Below, one piece after another: positions 25,732 through 38,739 of a stretch of 64,000 bases of DNA (its first letter is position 1; every line of letters starts with the position of its first letter). Below the pieces are notes generated by a model, which made no database searches, was not told the DNA's origin, and saw only the letters and a list, made by a program, of their open reading frames with translations. Origin of the DNA: Octopus vulgaris. Lineage: Eukaryota. The stretch is from assembly GCA_951406725.2 (NCBI GenBank), contig OX597816.1, positions 6,448,001-6,512,000 of the forward strand. Reading direction: 5' to 3'. The translations under genes and the position numbers were made by a program.

Positions 25732-26114
25732 TGACAGCGGAGATTTTGGTTATTATTGTAATTTCTAATGCAATATGTAACCGATCGGAATACTTCCGAC
25801 TCTGTCCCTGCTCTCCTCTCTTCGATGCAACAGTTTCAGTAACAGAAACAGCAACTTTCTCTTTGGCACCAACATCTAATTTATGATAGACAAAGGTGTC
25901 TGTCTTTTTAGAAATACCAAAAAATGTTTCCATCTTCTTTCAACTTTTATGAAAACTTGGTATTTCTTGATGTCGTGTTGGCCTAGATCAGTGGTTCTCA
26001 GTCGGGGTCGATATAACTCTTAGGAGTCCGTATAAGATTATGTTAAAATTTACGTACAATAAATTGGTCATATTTCTACAACCCACAAAATATTTTAACA
26101 CTTTTTTATATATA

Positions 26115-26490
26115 GGTGCAGGCGTAGCTGTGTGGTAAGAAGCTTGCTTCCCAACCACATGGTTCTGGGTTCAGTCCCACTGCGTGGCACCTTGGGTAAG
26201 TATCTTCTACTATAGCCTCGGGCCGACCAAAGCCTTGTGACTGAAGTTGGTAGACGGAAACTGAAAGAAGCCTGTCGTATATATACGTATAGTTATCTGT
26301 GTGTGTGTGTGAGTGTGTATTTGTGTCTGTGTTAGTCTGCTTATGATCCCGTAACTTAACGGTTCGGCAAATAGACCGATAGAATAAGTACTGGGTGTTT
26401 AAAAAAAGTATGTCTTTCGTTCGACTAAAAGGTGGTGCTCCAGCATGGCCGCAATCACATGACTGAAACAAGCAAAAGAATAAAAGAATA
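26115..26490 (+). mobile_element. SINE family A with internal deletions
   Basis: Head and tail motifs as in 16-418. Confidence 0.85.
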
Positions 26491-26513
26491 CATTTCTTGA
26501 TAATATTTAGTTA

Positions 26514-26877
26514 TCTCTATATATATAAACGGCAAAATGTCTGTGTGCGTGTCCTTTATATAAATCCACAATTTTTCAGTTAGAGGGCTCGCACTTTCTA
26601 TGGTTATTTAAAACCGTCCAAGGGTGGTCGTGCACATCTTTACATTTCCCCAGTTACCCCTCAAAGCCATTAAAAAATAAATAGAAGTGACTATTTTGTG
26701 AATTTTCTATCCAAAACCCAATCAAAATGCCCAAAACTTGATACGCCAATTGAATACCAGCTAGCTGTATGTGATTGGTCAGAGATTTGGACAGTACTCA
26801 CGTGTATGTGCGCACGCACGCAGCTGTATATGCATGCACTAGCACTATGACCCGGCGTTGCTGGGTCATAGTGCTAT
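26514..26877 (+). mobile_element. Non-autonomous Helitron (second subfamily)
   Basis: Starts TCTCTATATATATAAACGG; ends with hairpin TAGCACTATGACCC-GGCGTTGCT-GGGTCATAGTGCTA and CTAT (probably decayed CTAG). Confidence 0.7.
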
Positions 26878-27429
26878 TTTAGTTATAAAAATTTAATACA
26901 ATTTTTTAAACATGAATTGGTTAAGCGGATCCATCTAAATAAAATAGAATTAATAGGGTCCACAGGTTTAAAAAACGGTTGAGAATCACTGGACTTGATA
27001 GAAAGGGGCCAACATCACTTGTTTTCATCACATAACTTTAAACAAACTTTTTCTTCCCAGTATTGTATTCCTTCTGTTTTAATAAATTTAATTAACCAGA
27101 AAACTGTAATTGAATACATTTAAATCCCATTAGTTGAAGAATGATTTCAATATTTTATATTGAAGATGACTCAAAAAAAAAAACTTCGATAACGTTTGAA
27201 ATATTTCCATGTTTGTCTTGGAAACTGATATTTTTTGTAATCCTTCGCTTGATGGTTATTTTTCTCTAAAATATTCCCATTTCGTAGAACAGTGAGAGGC
27301 AAATATTAATTTCTTCTCATAATAATATTAAACTCGTATTCTCTTTTTCTTTTCTTTTTTCTTTTCAATTTATTGGTATTGTTGCACTGGTTGTGATTTC
27401 ACGATCATGATTGATGAGTGAGGTGAGTA

Positions 27430-27497
27430 ATGATGATGATGATGATGGCGACGATAACGATGATGTCGATGAGAAGAGGATGGCGGCGGCGAGGAAA

Positions 27498-27542
<45 letters not shown>

Positions 27543-27650
27543 GTGGTGGTGATGATGATGATGATGATGATGACGACGACGACGACGACGACGATGATGA
27601 TGATGATGTTGATGATGATGGCGGTGGTGATGATGGCGATGACGATGATG
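27430..27650. repeat. (GAT/GAC/GGT)n microsatellite
   Basis: Direct inspection. Confidence 0.9.
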
Positions 27651-28342
27651 TTGAAATATCTGCCAATATTGTTTTGCCTCCAAATTATTCTGGTACCAAC
27701 TTTTACCAACCAGTTTCCAGTAGATTATGTAACATAAGCATTTCTTGATTTGCCAGGAAAATAATACGATTCCAGCATCACTGATATTTATTTAATCGAT
27801 TATTTACGAATGGGAGAAAACATTCGAAATCTAGCCAGGGAGGCCGGTTGGGGGGGGGAACAAGTGAAAATCTTGATGCTGATAATACAGAGCTATGGCG
27901 GCCAATCCAGTCTATGGTAGCGTTCTATCAATGATTGCAATAATGCAGACGATCGTTTCAGCCAACGGGTAGCTGAGATTTAGTGAGCAGCCCAGATTTA
28001 GTTATCTTTTCTGGAAGCGATTTAAGATGATGGAGAATATAACGATTATGATGGAGACATCCACAACCGTCAAATATATCTCAGTTATTTACTGTTTAAT
28101 CGTATCTTTCGTGTTTGATAGATTGGTAACCATTATGCGAAGATATCTTTCGTTCGGTTTCGGATTCCAGGTTTGGTGCGACTTCGTGTTATTGAACATA
28201 ATAAATTTATCATTTCTGCTCGCACCAAAATTTTGACTTCATTTGTAAAAATGAAAAAATTAAAATACAAACACACATTTTAACTTAGAAAACTATTGAT
28301 GATTACCGAGTCCAGATTAGATCGTAAAATTAATAGAACCTC

Positions 28343-29042
28343 GTCAAACAAGCGAATACACTTTCTTCCATCAACGGAAATTTACCTCAAATAAAATAGA
28401 GACGTTGTGGTGGCAGGCTAAACAATATAAATACAATATAAAAGGCGGCGCGCTGGCAGAAACGTTAGCACGCCGGGCGAAATGCGTAGCCGTATTTCGT
28501 CTGCCGTTACGTTCTGAATTCAAATTCCGCCGAGGTCGACTTTGCTTTTCATCCTTTCGGGGTCGATAAATTAAGTACCAGTCGCGCACTGGGGTCGATG
28601 TAATCGACTTAATCCGTTTGTCTGTCCTTGTTTGTCCCCTCTGTGTTTAGCCCCTTGTGGGTAGTAAAGAAATAAATATAAATACAATTTAAAAGGCGGC
28701 GAGCTGGCAGAAACGTTAGCACGCCGGGCGAAATGCGTAGCCGTATTTCGTCTGCGTTACGTTGTGAGTTCAAATTCCGCCGAGGTCGACTTTGCCTTTT
28801 ATCCTTTCGGGGTCGATAAATTAAGTACCAGTTACGCACTGGGGTCGATGTAATCGACTTAATACCTATGTCTGTCCTTGTTTGTCCCCTCTGTGTTTAG
28901 CCCCTTGGGGGTAGTAAAGAAATAGGTATTTCGTCTGCCGCTACGTTCTGATTGGAAGAAGGAGAAGAAGAAGAAGACAACGTCTCTATTTTATTTGTTG
29001 TAAATTTCCGTGGATGAAAGAAAATGTATTCGCTTGTTTGAC
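28343..29042. repeat. 66-bp inverted repeats (28343-28408 / 28977-29042) enclosing SINE-B copies
   Basis: GTCAAACAAGCGAATACA...AGAGACGTTGT versus ACAACGTCTCT...TGTATTCGCTTGTTTGAC, few mismatches. Confidence 0.8.
28441..28950 (+). mobile_element. Two head-to-tail SINE-B (B1) copies plus the start of a third unit
   Basis: AATATAAATACAAT repeated at ~28424 and ~28675; second copy runs on via GAAATA|GGTATTTCGTCTG at ~28919-28937. Confidence 0.9.
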
Positions 29043-29764
29043 AAATAGACATTGTTTTTGGTGAACTTTTTGCTGGCACATAGCCTAGCGGTCATGGTGT
29101 TCACTCACGATTGTGAGGTGGTAGTTTCGAATTCAGGACAAAACACTTTATCTCATGTTGTTTTATGGTCACTTCGACAGATGGCGTGAGGCACATCATG
29201 CACCTGATCAGGTGATGTGGTTTTGGTGGAGGGAATGAGTTAATGCCCAGTGTAGGCATTTGCTCACTGTAAACAAATCGTCTGTGCAGGTTATTTAGCA
29301 AAAAATTGAGGAATCGTCTTTCTCGGACTTGAGAGAGACGACCATCAAGTACTTTTACATGAATGACACTTTTTAATGCGAAGAACATTTAAAGTTTAAT
29401 AGAATGAATAACATGAACAGGTTTAACTCGAATTTCACTTCAGATCTTAACTTTTTAAATCAATGGAGTGGTTCTACTTTGTAAATGAAATGGAAACCGA
29501 ATGTGTGGCGTCCGTAATCTTTTCTAAATAGCATTGTCAGCATAAGTAAAGAGAATTTGCAAGAACCGGAAGTTGAAATTGGGTTACAGACACTATTCAT
29601 CAAGGATATTCACAGCAAAAGCCTGATACATTAAAAAGAATGGACGAGTTCTCGCTTCTGAAATATATTTTAATGTTAAGATGGTGCCGACTCATCACAA
29701 ACAGGAAAATTTAACAATTTCGTTTCCGAGTCAAAGAATGTAACTTTCTAATTGTGGTCTGGAA

Positions 29765-29865
29765 ATGATAGAAAAGTGGAAAAATAATGGAATTTTTTGG
29801 CCATTGTTCAGTCATCCTAAACTCTTGGCGATTATTCCAGCTTCATTCATTGAGATTTCACTGTG
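29765..29865 (+). pseudogene. Possible decayed hAT transposase dimerisation-domain remnant
   Basis: EKWKNNGIFWPLFSHPKLLAIIPASFIEIS resembles W.....FP.L...A..LL.IPASS...ER.FS; short and degenerate. Confidence 0.3.
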
Positions 29866-31152
29866 CTTTTGTATTTGTTTTGTATTGTGGTGATGGCGAT
29901 AAACTGTAAAAGCAGAGCCAATACACGAAGGATACCGTTATGGTCCTCACCTAGAAGTGAACCCATAATCAGCACGACTACACTGCAGTTTTATTATCTT
30001 TTCGTTGTTTACATCGGTGGAGGGGGTGTTTACCACTCGTCATCACTTACTTACAGTTGTGAGATCGCAGAATAAAAATGTCATTGCAAATGATTCGTCG
30101 CAATGCCCATGACGAGATACGAACCAACAACCTTCCAATTGGTAACCCACCAGTTTTTCAAATCGATCGAGTCAGCAAATCTTTCCATTCCCTAAGTAAT
30201 TATCTAATCCTAATCCACTTCCATTCTCGTCCGCACTAAAAACAATGGCCACGAATGCGCAACCGAATCGGTATTTAAATGCTAATCGCACTCAGCTTCC
30301 TATTCATACTTAATCGAACATGGAGCGGAATGCTGTTTTCAATAAGTATTTATTTCCAAGAAATATTGAAGTGTAATAACGTTTTGTGAAATAGTCTTCG
30401 TAAATGCAGATGTTCCCGTCTGAGAGCATTTATGTATTTACAATAATTATTAGAAGTCACGAAATTTAGAGATTACCTACAAGTGTTTTTCTTCACAATA
30501 AGCCGAATTATTTGATTTTAAAACCTTGTAAATAGCAGCAACGCATTTCTATTCCTCGGTAATGATTTGTATGCATTAAGGCTGCCAATCAATAACATGT
30601 CTTAAAACGTGACAGAATCACAATGCACGGAATAATTTATTTCCTCGCTTCAACAGAAGCAGAAGGAAGAGGAAGCATGTTGGATAAATTTTAAACAAGT
30701 GTTATGAATAAAATGACAAAATAATGAGTGTTGGAAAATGTATGTTCATTAATTTTTCTCCATCTTAATAAATTATCAATATAACACTTTGTCTTTAGTA
30801 ATTCTTTCACAAAACCACTCTTACGAAAGAGAAAAACATTTCCCAACCAGCAAAACAACGCAGTTTATGGAACTGCATCGCTGCCGTTCCCTAGAATAAC
30901 TAACAGTACAATAAATCACGGATTTTTTACACATATCAACAGACATTAAGAAGAACTTCGCCTATAAAATAAAAGATTTCTTTTAATGAAAATCTCGCTC
31001 TGAATTAAAGAATTGAAGCAGTTAGAAAAAACCATAGAAGTAATGCTTTAAATTCCTACTAAAATCGCACCTTATATTCCCTCTTATATTCATTACTTTT
31101 CTACAATCAAAATTGCAAACACACATTTCACAAAAATCACACTCATGCATTC

Positions 31153-31571
31153 CATTTCTTTACTACCCACAAGGGGCTAAACACAGAAGGGACAAACAAG
31201 GACAGACAAACGGATTAAGTCGATTACATCGACCCCAGTGCGTAACTGGTACTTAATTAATCGACCCCGAAAAGATGAAAGGCAAAGTCGACCTCGGCGG
31301 AATTTGAACTCGGAACGTAACGGCAGACGAAATACCTATTTCTTTACTACCCACAAGGAGCTAAACACAGAGGGGACAAACAAGGACAGACAAACGGATT
31401 AAGTCGATTACATCGACCCCCAGTGCGTAACTGGTACTTAATTTATCGACCCCGAAAGGATGAAAGGCAAGGTCGACTTCGGTGGAATTGGAACTCAGAA
31501 CGTAACGGCAGACGAAATACGGCTACGCATTTCGCCCGGCGTGCTAACGGTTCAGCCAGCTCTCCGCCTTA
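31153..31571 (-). mobile_element. SINE-B (B1) dimer with one head
   Basis: Junction GAAATACC|TATTTC at ~31330; TSD ATCACACTCAT(G/C)CATTC at 31136-31152 and 31573-31589. Confidence 0.9.
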
Positions 31572-31714
31572 TATCACACTCATCCATTCATATACCCATA
31601 TGTGTCTGGTTATGCATACATATTATTTAGCAGAAGTAATAAAGTGACTCAAGGACTGAGGGTTTCGTGTGTTAGCACTACGCCGGTGATAATAGCATCT
31701 GAACTGCTCCCTGC

Positions 31715-32452
31715 TGGGTGGGGAACGATATAATGAAGTCGAATGCACAGTTCAGAAGAATACTCATCAGGTTACATAATACGTTACAGTTTTAGGAGTG
31801 GCTGTGTGGTAAGTAGCTTGCTAACCAACCACATGGTTCTGGGTTCAGTCCCACTGCGTTGCATCTTGGGCAAGTGTCTTCTGCTATAGCCCCGGGCCGA
31901 CCAATGCCTTGTGAGTGGATTTGGTAGACGGAAACTTAAAGAAGCCTGTCGTATATATGTATATATATATGTATATGTATGTATGTGTGTGTGTTTGTGT
32001 GTCTGTGTTCGTCCCCCCAACATCGTTTGACAACCGATGCTGGTGTGTTTATGTCCCCGTTACTTAGCGGTTCGGCAGAAAGAGACCGATAGAATAAGTA
32101 CTGGGCTTACAAAAAGAATAAATCCCGGGGTCGAGTTGCTCGATTAAAGGTGGTGCTCCAGCATGGCCGCAGTCAAATGACTGAAACAAGTAAAAGAATA
32201 CGTACATTTCTTGACTGTTTGTGGCAGAAAGGTGTTGGCATGATGCGTGTGTTTATGGTAGTTCACAAAACCATTTCTGTTGTAGTTTATAGTAGTTTAC
32301 AAATCCAAGAACACACGCATCATACCAACACCATCCTATCACACACAATGGCGAAATGTACCTGTCATAACACTGAAACGTATTATGTACCCTGATGCGG
32401 TTTCTTCTGCACGGTGGGGTGCATTCGATTCCCATATATCGTTCCCCACCCA
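31715..32452. mobile_element. Fold-back (MITE-like) element, left arm split by SINE-A
   Basis: 31715-31790 pairs with 32372-32452, and 32202-32253 pairs with 32310-32361. Confidence 0.7.
31794..32200 (+). mobile_element. SINE family A
   Basis: Near full-length copy. Confidence 0.9.
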
Positions 32453-32590
32453 CTAGAGACTGCAAGAGGAGGAAAACTATCTTAGCCATGTCATGGATCG
32501 ATTATCGTAAGGCGTACGATATGATCCCCACATTCTTGGATTATGGAATGTATGAACCTATTTGGTATTGCATCGAATGCTGAGCAAAGA
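32453..32590 (+). mobile_element. R4/Dong-like LINE RT fragment
   Basis: RDCKRRKTILAMSWIDYRKAYDMIP(HSWIMEC). Confidence 0.8.
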
Positions 32591-32609
32591 CAATAAAATG
32601 GCAATGATT

Positions 32610-32671
<62 letters not shown>

Positions 32672-33339
32672 AAATGCAAGATACAATGTTTCAACAAGAA
32701 AGCATTAAATATTTAGGTGTCCCCTTTAGAACGCGGATAAGCACATTCTAGGATAAGCATATTCTTGTCTCCACATTCTCTGATATATTGTCAGATTCAA
32801 AAAGTTTTAGGAAATTTCATCAGTTTTGCGATCATGTTTCTGCAAAATATTCTAACATAACAAAATTTTTCACAGGTAAAAATATAAACGAATATGTTTA
32901 ATTAGTTGCACACTTCCTCACACTAAAAAGCGGACAGTAAACCAGCGATTGTCAAAAGAAGCAAGTGCATTCTACGTAGCATCATATACCAAACTCTCAC
33001 CTACCATCATGAAAGATAACGGAAAATGTTGAAAACAAATGAGAACACCACACGTATAACTAATTACCAATTACTAATTGCATTTGCTTAATTATAGAAA
33101 ATTCCATTTGATTCCAACCATATTTACTGGAATCGTATACCTGTCTTTTACTTGATAAAATCTCAGATGCAATATAACTAATGAGATTTTCTTGAAAAAA
33201 AATCTAGAGAAGAAACGAATACAGACAAACAGACAACCAGACAAACAGATGCTGGCATATAAACACGCGGAAACAAAGAATATAATTTAATTAATCTGTT
33301 CAAAAATACATGTACACCTAAATATATATACACATACAT

Positions 33340-33870
<531 letters not shown>

Positions 33871-34233
33871 ATACTGTAATTGCCAAACCTAGTCTACCGG
33901 AAGTGTATTCAGAATGAGTAAGATAACATACGTGACACCGCCTGCACCAATACCGAATGAAAACTCAATTAGAACGAAGTCGCAATTCTTTGGTTATCAG
34001 GATCTTATATTTTCTTTGGGCATTTTAGCTCCAAAATCTAGACTTTTTGCCAAAGTGAGTCTTATCGGAGCAGCGAGTTGGAATCAATAACTGCCATAGT
34101 TATTATTATAAGGTAAAGAAATCAAGACCTTAAGGTTATTAAAGTTTAGCATCATTTGGAAAATGTTGGAGAATAAAAACAGAAAGTAAACGTAGAAAGA
34201 AAATTCTTAAAATCCCGTGTAAGACGGAAGATA

Positions 34234-34739
34234 TCTATATATATAAAACTCTAGTTGTGTGAGTGTCTGTCCCCTTCGATTTAGATTCCTAACTCCTCCC
34301 ACATTTTGCGGTGCAGTTTAACCAAATTCGGGTATCTTATAGTCGTGATTCATATCGAGCCCGTCTGACTATTAGCGCGCGTCAACGATGAGTCTACGAT
34401 TTTAAAAATAATTTAACATCATTTTTTATTCCATTTTAATGCATAAAATGCATCGTATGTCGATGGCGGCGGAGTTGGCGTCCACGCTCACAGCTGCACC
34501 TGTTTGCTTCTCCCCCTTCCCTCCCTCGTGAAGCTGTGGGGAAGGGAGTGTAAAGAAATCAACGTCGTAATGCGTTGTGAAGGAAACCAGCGTTCTTTTA
34601 GAACAACGACTTCATGGCTTGAAGACACCAAAACAAAAATGGCTAAGAAAGCCCGAATTTATAAGGGAAGTAACTCTCTAAAAATGCTTATATAGTTATT
34701 TCCCTTACAAACCCGAGCAACGCCGGGCGATACTGCTAG
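34234..34739 (+). mobile_element. Non-autonomous Helitron
   Basis: A|TCTATATATATAAAA ... CCCGAGCAACGCCGGGCGATACTGCTAG|T; no TSD. Confidence 0.9.
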
Positions 34740-35400
34740 TTGATAATAAAAAGTGATCAAAGAACCCAAAATTATGTCTTGAAATGAATGTACAAGTTCT
34801 GTGCAACACGAAATTCTTGTAATTGAATGCCAAAACATTATGTTGGTTGCTTGGGTGGTTAGTTCACATTACTCTGTTAAAAGTATAGAACCAGTTTTCT
34901 GGTTTCTCTGCTGTATAAATTCCTCGCTAGACGTTTTGTTTAAGAACACAATACATTGCCAAGTCCAGGAATCGAAACCTCAATCTTATGACCATGAGTC
35001 AAACATCCTAACCACTAAGCCATGCACCTCCATAAAGCAACATCGCTTTGGCATTAAATATGTCTCGCAATGTTAATGAAAGATGCCGTAAAGGAATCTG
35101 CTCGGGGATGCTACGAAATGAGAGCAACTAAATGCCTGTCATATGCCCTAATGTATTGGAAAATGGAATGACACGTTAGATAACAAGGTCCTAATCTCTT
35201 CTATTTGGAAAAGTTAACAGCAGGGGAATGACTGGAACATGTTTGTCATCGTTCTTTCCCATCAAGGCTGACAGGAAACTAAACAACGACAACAACACCA
35301 AATAAAACAGAGTCGATTGCCTTCCGAAAAAGAAAACAGTTACATAACATCTACGTCTTTCCAGAATATCCACTGTCATCATCCTCATAGCATCTATGTC

Positions 35401-35910
35401 GTGAAGGCACGTCGCTTAATGGTGTTAGAGTATTCAGCACAAGATCTAACGGTCATGAGTTCCATTCTCAGTGGAACATTATTTGACCTTGCTCTAGTCC
35501 ACTCAGCTGGTAAAAATGGGTTATACCTATTTCTTTACTACCCACAAGGGGCTAAACACAGACTCCAGTGCGTAACTGGTACTTAATTTATCGACCCCGA
35601 AAGGATGAAAGGCAAAGTCGACCTCGGCGGAATTTGAACTCAGAACGTAACGGCAGACGAAATACGGCTACGCATTTCGCCCGACGTGCTAGCGTTTCTG
35701 CCAGCTCGCCGCCTTAAAATGGGTTATACCAGTATGTTAAAGGGCCAGCCTTGTCATATTCTGTGTCGCGCTAAATCTCTTTGAGAACTACATTAAAGGT
35801 ATGCGGTCTGTGGAATGCTCAGCCACTTGCAGCACGTTAAACTCACGAGCAGGCTGTTCCATTGATCGGATCAGCTGGAACTCTCGTCGTCGTAACCGAC
35901 GGAATATCAG
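35401..35910 (+). mobile_element. SINE with D-type (CORE) head and C-type tail, interrupted by SINE-B
   Basis: CAGCTGGTAAAAATGGG CORE motif; the tail matches the reverse complement of 13530-13710. Confidence 0.75.
35528..35715 (-). mobile_element. SINE-B (B1), internally deleted
   Basis: TSD AAAATGGGTTATACC at 35513-35527 and 35716-35730. Confidence 0.9.
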
Positions 35911-36245
35911 TTAATATCTGTCATTCATTAGTATGTACTGTCAAGAACTATACGATACCTGCATCTTTCGCGAAGATCTACTGAGAAACAACCAAAACAA
36001 TAGAATTTCTTTATTTCTCAATCAAAATGAAATCAAATCTAAAAATCTCGAACCCGCGCTCAACGCTTGATAAAGAATTGATAAAATTATCGTATATGAG
36101 AATTTCAGCACTTCTCAAATGCTTTGATTCACTTCCGTATAAATTTCACATCTGTGGAATAACACAGCTTTCTATCTTTGTTCTTTTATTCTCTTATGCA
36201 TTTCAGTACAAAGGTTGCGGCCATGCTGGGGCTCAGCCCATATTA

Positions 36246-36530
36246 TCACCTTTTCAATGGCCATTCTTTTGTGATTGGCTTTTGGTGAAGGAGAGAGATC
36301 GATAATGCTGTCCTCTTTTGAGTTTCATGCCGTGATGTAGGTTCATCTGGGACCTTAGAGAGTTGGAGGTCAAGTTGTTTCTTGAAAACAACCCCTACTC
36401 TATGTAGATCTCTCAGGTGTTTTGGCGAAGTATTAAATAGCTGTGGATCATTGAAGCCCAGGCTATGGCAGTGATGGTCCTCACTATAGACGGGGTAGCT
36501 GAGACCTTCGGGAGCTAGTATAGTTCTTGA
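36246..36530 (-). mobile_element. CR1/L2-group LINE 3' fragment
   Basis: SLGFNDPQLFNTSPKHLRDL...FKKQLDLQLSKVPDEP (GP.LFN.LP..R..FK..LD..L..VPDEP motif). Confidence 0.75.
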
Positions 36531-36727
36531 TACCAAAGTTTAGTGCCGCCCCCTCCAGGATCTTTCTTTAAGTCTCTCAGAAAATGTTTGAATATTTTAA
36601 TTTCTTCAAAGTAAAATGGGCGCAGATATGGCTGTGTGGCTAAGAATCTCACTTCCCGAACACTTGGTTTCAAGTTCACTCCCGCAGTACAGTACCTTGA
36701 ATATTGCTTTCAACTATTCTCCTATTG

Positions 36728-37030
36728 TGGAGGCACATGGCCTAGTGGTTAGAGAAGCAGACTCGCAGTCGAGGGATCGCGGGTTCGAATCTCATACCGG
36801 GTGATGTGTGTGTTTATGAGCGAAACACCTAAGCTCCATGCGGCTCCGGCAGAAGGTAATGGCGAACTTCTGCTGACTCATTCGCCACAACTTTCCCTGA
36901 CTCTTTCCTCCTGCATCTTGCAGCTCACCTACGACGGACAGCGTCCCGTCCAGGTGCAGAACCTATACACCAAGGAAACCGGGAAACTGGCCCTTATGAG
37001 CCAGGTATGGGTCGAGAAGGAACAAACTAG
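36728..37030 (+). mobile_element. SINE with C-type head/body and D-type tail
   Basis: GGGTTCGAATC B-box; body like 13740-13916 (rc), tail like 21059-21160 (rc). Confidence 0.8.
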
Positions 37031-37112
37031 TCAACTATTATAGTCCCGACTGACTGGTATATTGTGAGTTAAACCGGCCGAATATGTGTGTGTATACACA
37101 CACAGACTCACA

Positions 37113-37156
<44 letters not shown>

Positions 37157-37405
37157 CATAGTTTACTGTTCCGTTAAGGTAAGATCAACAAAAAGGTACT
37201 CCATTCAGTGGGAGATAAATATCATTTAATGTACACAGGTATAAAGATACGAACTTCTAATAGATTTTTTTGTTTGAGACACGGGTCTAGGCTCTTGAGC
37301 CCGAAGATTGCTTGGTGACAAACGATGTGTTATAAAAACCAGCCTTGAACCGTGTCTTCAAAGCCAGAAACTATTAATAGCCTATATCTTTACACTGTGT
37401 ACATT

Positions 37406-37449
<44 letters not shown>

Positions 37450-37455
37450 AGTATG

Positions 37456-37553
<98 letters not shown>

Positions 37554-37943
37554 TATATATTAGCGGCTGGGTATATGTGTCACCAAGAGACTGCTTACTG
37601 CATCGAGCAGGTTTCATTTATACATATTATCCAAATCTCATGATTCTCCGTCTGCTTTGACAATTATTAACTCTCTCAGTAATACCAACGTTGCTAACTT
37701 GATTGAACACAACAAATGGATTACTTGCGCATCGAGAAGAAAATCCCAACACCACCAATTGCTAATTGCATTGATAAAGATTCCTTTCTGTTAAATGATG
37801 GATGTGCGGCTGTTTGGATTCAAAAATTCGATTCTAGACCTCGTGGTTCTGTGTTCGATCCCTCAACGGCACCTCTATTTCACCGATGCTCTATGAGTGG
37901 ATTCCTCACACTGTGCAGAAATTGTGGTATGTAACACACGCAC

Positions 37944-38177
37944 AAGGCGGCGAGCTGGCAGAATCGTTAGCGCGCCGGCGAAATGCTTAGCAGTACTTTG
38001 TCTGCTGCTACGTTCTGAGTTCAAATTCCGCCGAGGTCGACTTTGCCTTTCATCCTTTCGGGGTCGATTAAATAAGTACCAGTTACGCACTGGGGTCGAT
38101 ATAATCGACTTAATCCGTTTGTCTGTCCTTGTTTGTCCCGTCTGTGTTTAGCCCCTTGTGGGGAGTAAAGAAAAAAG
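37944..38177 (+). mobile_element. SINE-B (B1) monomer
   Basis: TSD GGTATGTAACACACGCAC at ~37926 and ~38178. Confidence 0.9.
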
Positions 38178-38301
38178 GTATGTAACACACGCACATCAAA
38201 CACACATGTACACACACAAAGACACCCCCCCACACACACACACACATAGGGAAAGAGAGAGAATGGGTGTGAAAGGGAGGAAGAAGAGAAAGATATGCAG
38301 G

Positions 38302-38342
<41 letters not shown>

Positions 38343-38739
38343 GCTGTTGCTTTAAAACACAACCGTTTTTCAATTTAGTCTTTTTTATCAATTTTTTAAC
38401 AATATTGTTGCCTGAGGTCTTGGCATTTTGAAATCAAGGTTCCTAAATCCCGTATAAATGGTTCTCGACCTTCATAGTTTCATCGTCAGGTCGATGTAAT
38501 GTTAGTGTCTGTAGAGACAGCATCATCGCAATTTATTCCTCAGATTCATAAGGTAGCATTCGGTGCTTATCTAGACTTGTAACTGCTGTGTGTTATCTCT
38601 GACTTTATCTTAGAATTGTCTTGTGATATGGTTGTTGCTTCTGCTATTTGGCGCATATTTTTGTGAAGAATTCTGTAAATATCGACATCTTGTCCACTAA
38701 TTTTTTCCTAATGTCTAGTTTTGTTATATGTTGAGTGCA

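Larger units (their letters stand above)
25989..26991. mobile_element. hAT (Charlie-like) MITE carrying nested SINE-A and Helitron
   Basis: TIRs CAGTGGTTCTCA / TGAGAATCACTG; 8-bp TSD GCCTAGAT vs GACTTGAT (6/8). Confidence 0.75.

Noticed and set aside
25740-25975. Minus-strand ORF METFFGISKK... as a host exon
   Set aside because: No recognisable domain or clear splice sites; the ORF length is inflated by the adjacent (TAG/CAG)n
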